Shown piece after piece: positions 63,635 to 64,000 of a DNA stretch of 64,000 nt; position 1 is the stretch's first letter, and each line of letters opens with the position of its first letter. The stretch is from Camelus ferus (Eukaryota): positions 114,392,001-114,456,000 of the forward strand of contig NC_045697.1 of the NCBI RefSeq assembly GCF_009834535.1. The letters are read 5' to 3'. Both the position numbers and the translations under genes were made by a program. The notes beneath the pieces were generated by a model. That model was not told where the DNA came from. It saw nothing but the letters and a program-made list of their open reading frames with translations, and did not search any database.

Positions 63635-63800
63635 AACAACAGCTTAGTGTAACTCAGGCAGTTATGACAAGTCATGACCTGACTCTTGTAACTGATCTTT
63701 GTGTCATTTAGCATGTTTTTTTGCACCATACAACAGTAAATTTGATTTCCTTATCTGAGACCTGTGTCATTTTTAAACTTGATGAAATGGAAAGAACACT
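63635..63800 (+). mobile_element. MIR-like fragment
   Basis: aagtcatgacctgactcttgtaactgatctttgtgtcatt..ccttatctgagacctgtgtcatttttaaacttgatgaaatgg. Confidence 0.45.
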
Positions 63801-64000
63801 TTAGAAATTAACAGTAAAACAGATCATCATTTGTAGCAATGATTCAGTCAATGGCATTCCGTTCCCTGCTGCGCTGGACACTATAGAATTATATTTTCAC
63901 ATTCCGTATAAAGGTTTTCATGAGTCCTCCAAATTACCTTTTTTATATTTTGTTAATACTTAAGTGTGATTTTACAATTTATTTATGTGATTTTTATGGC

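Overview
This window is AT-rich, repeat-dense mammalian genomic DNA, not microbial. It is most likely camelid, judged from a camelid-type tRNA-derived SINE at 62186-62339. The whole window appears to lie inside one very large + strand gene: a single 121-nt coding exon (46093-46213, Ig-like domain) is recognisable as FSTL5, with more than 46 kb and more than 17 kb of intron on either side. The ORF track missed this exon, and almost all ORFs in the track are spurious. The introns hold: (1) a near full-length, disabled CNN3 (calponin-3) processed pseudogene with poly(A) and target-site duplication (TSD); (2) a tailless retrocopy of exactly the 5' half of tRNA-Cys(GCA), ending at the anticodon and flanked by a 19/20-identical TSD, which is the most unusual object here; (3) five ERV1-type solo LTRs, all antisense to the host gene, three with exact 4-bp TSDs; (4) many L1, L2, MIR, MaLR/ERVL and hAT MITE relics, several nested or rearranged. 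I found no evidence of a wholly new biological system. Repeat subfamily names and ortholog comparisons come from memory and have not been checked by any search. Boundaries of old repeats are approximate.
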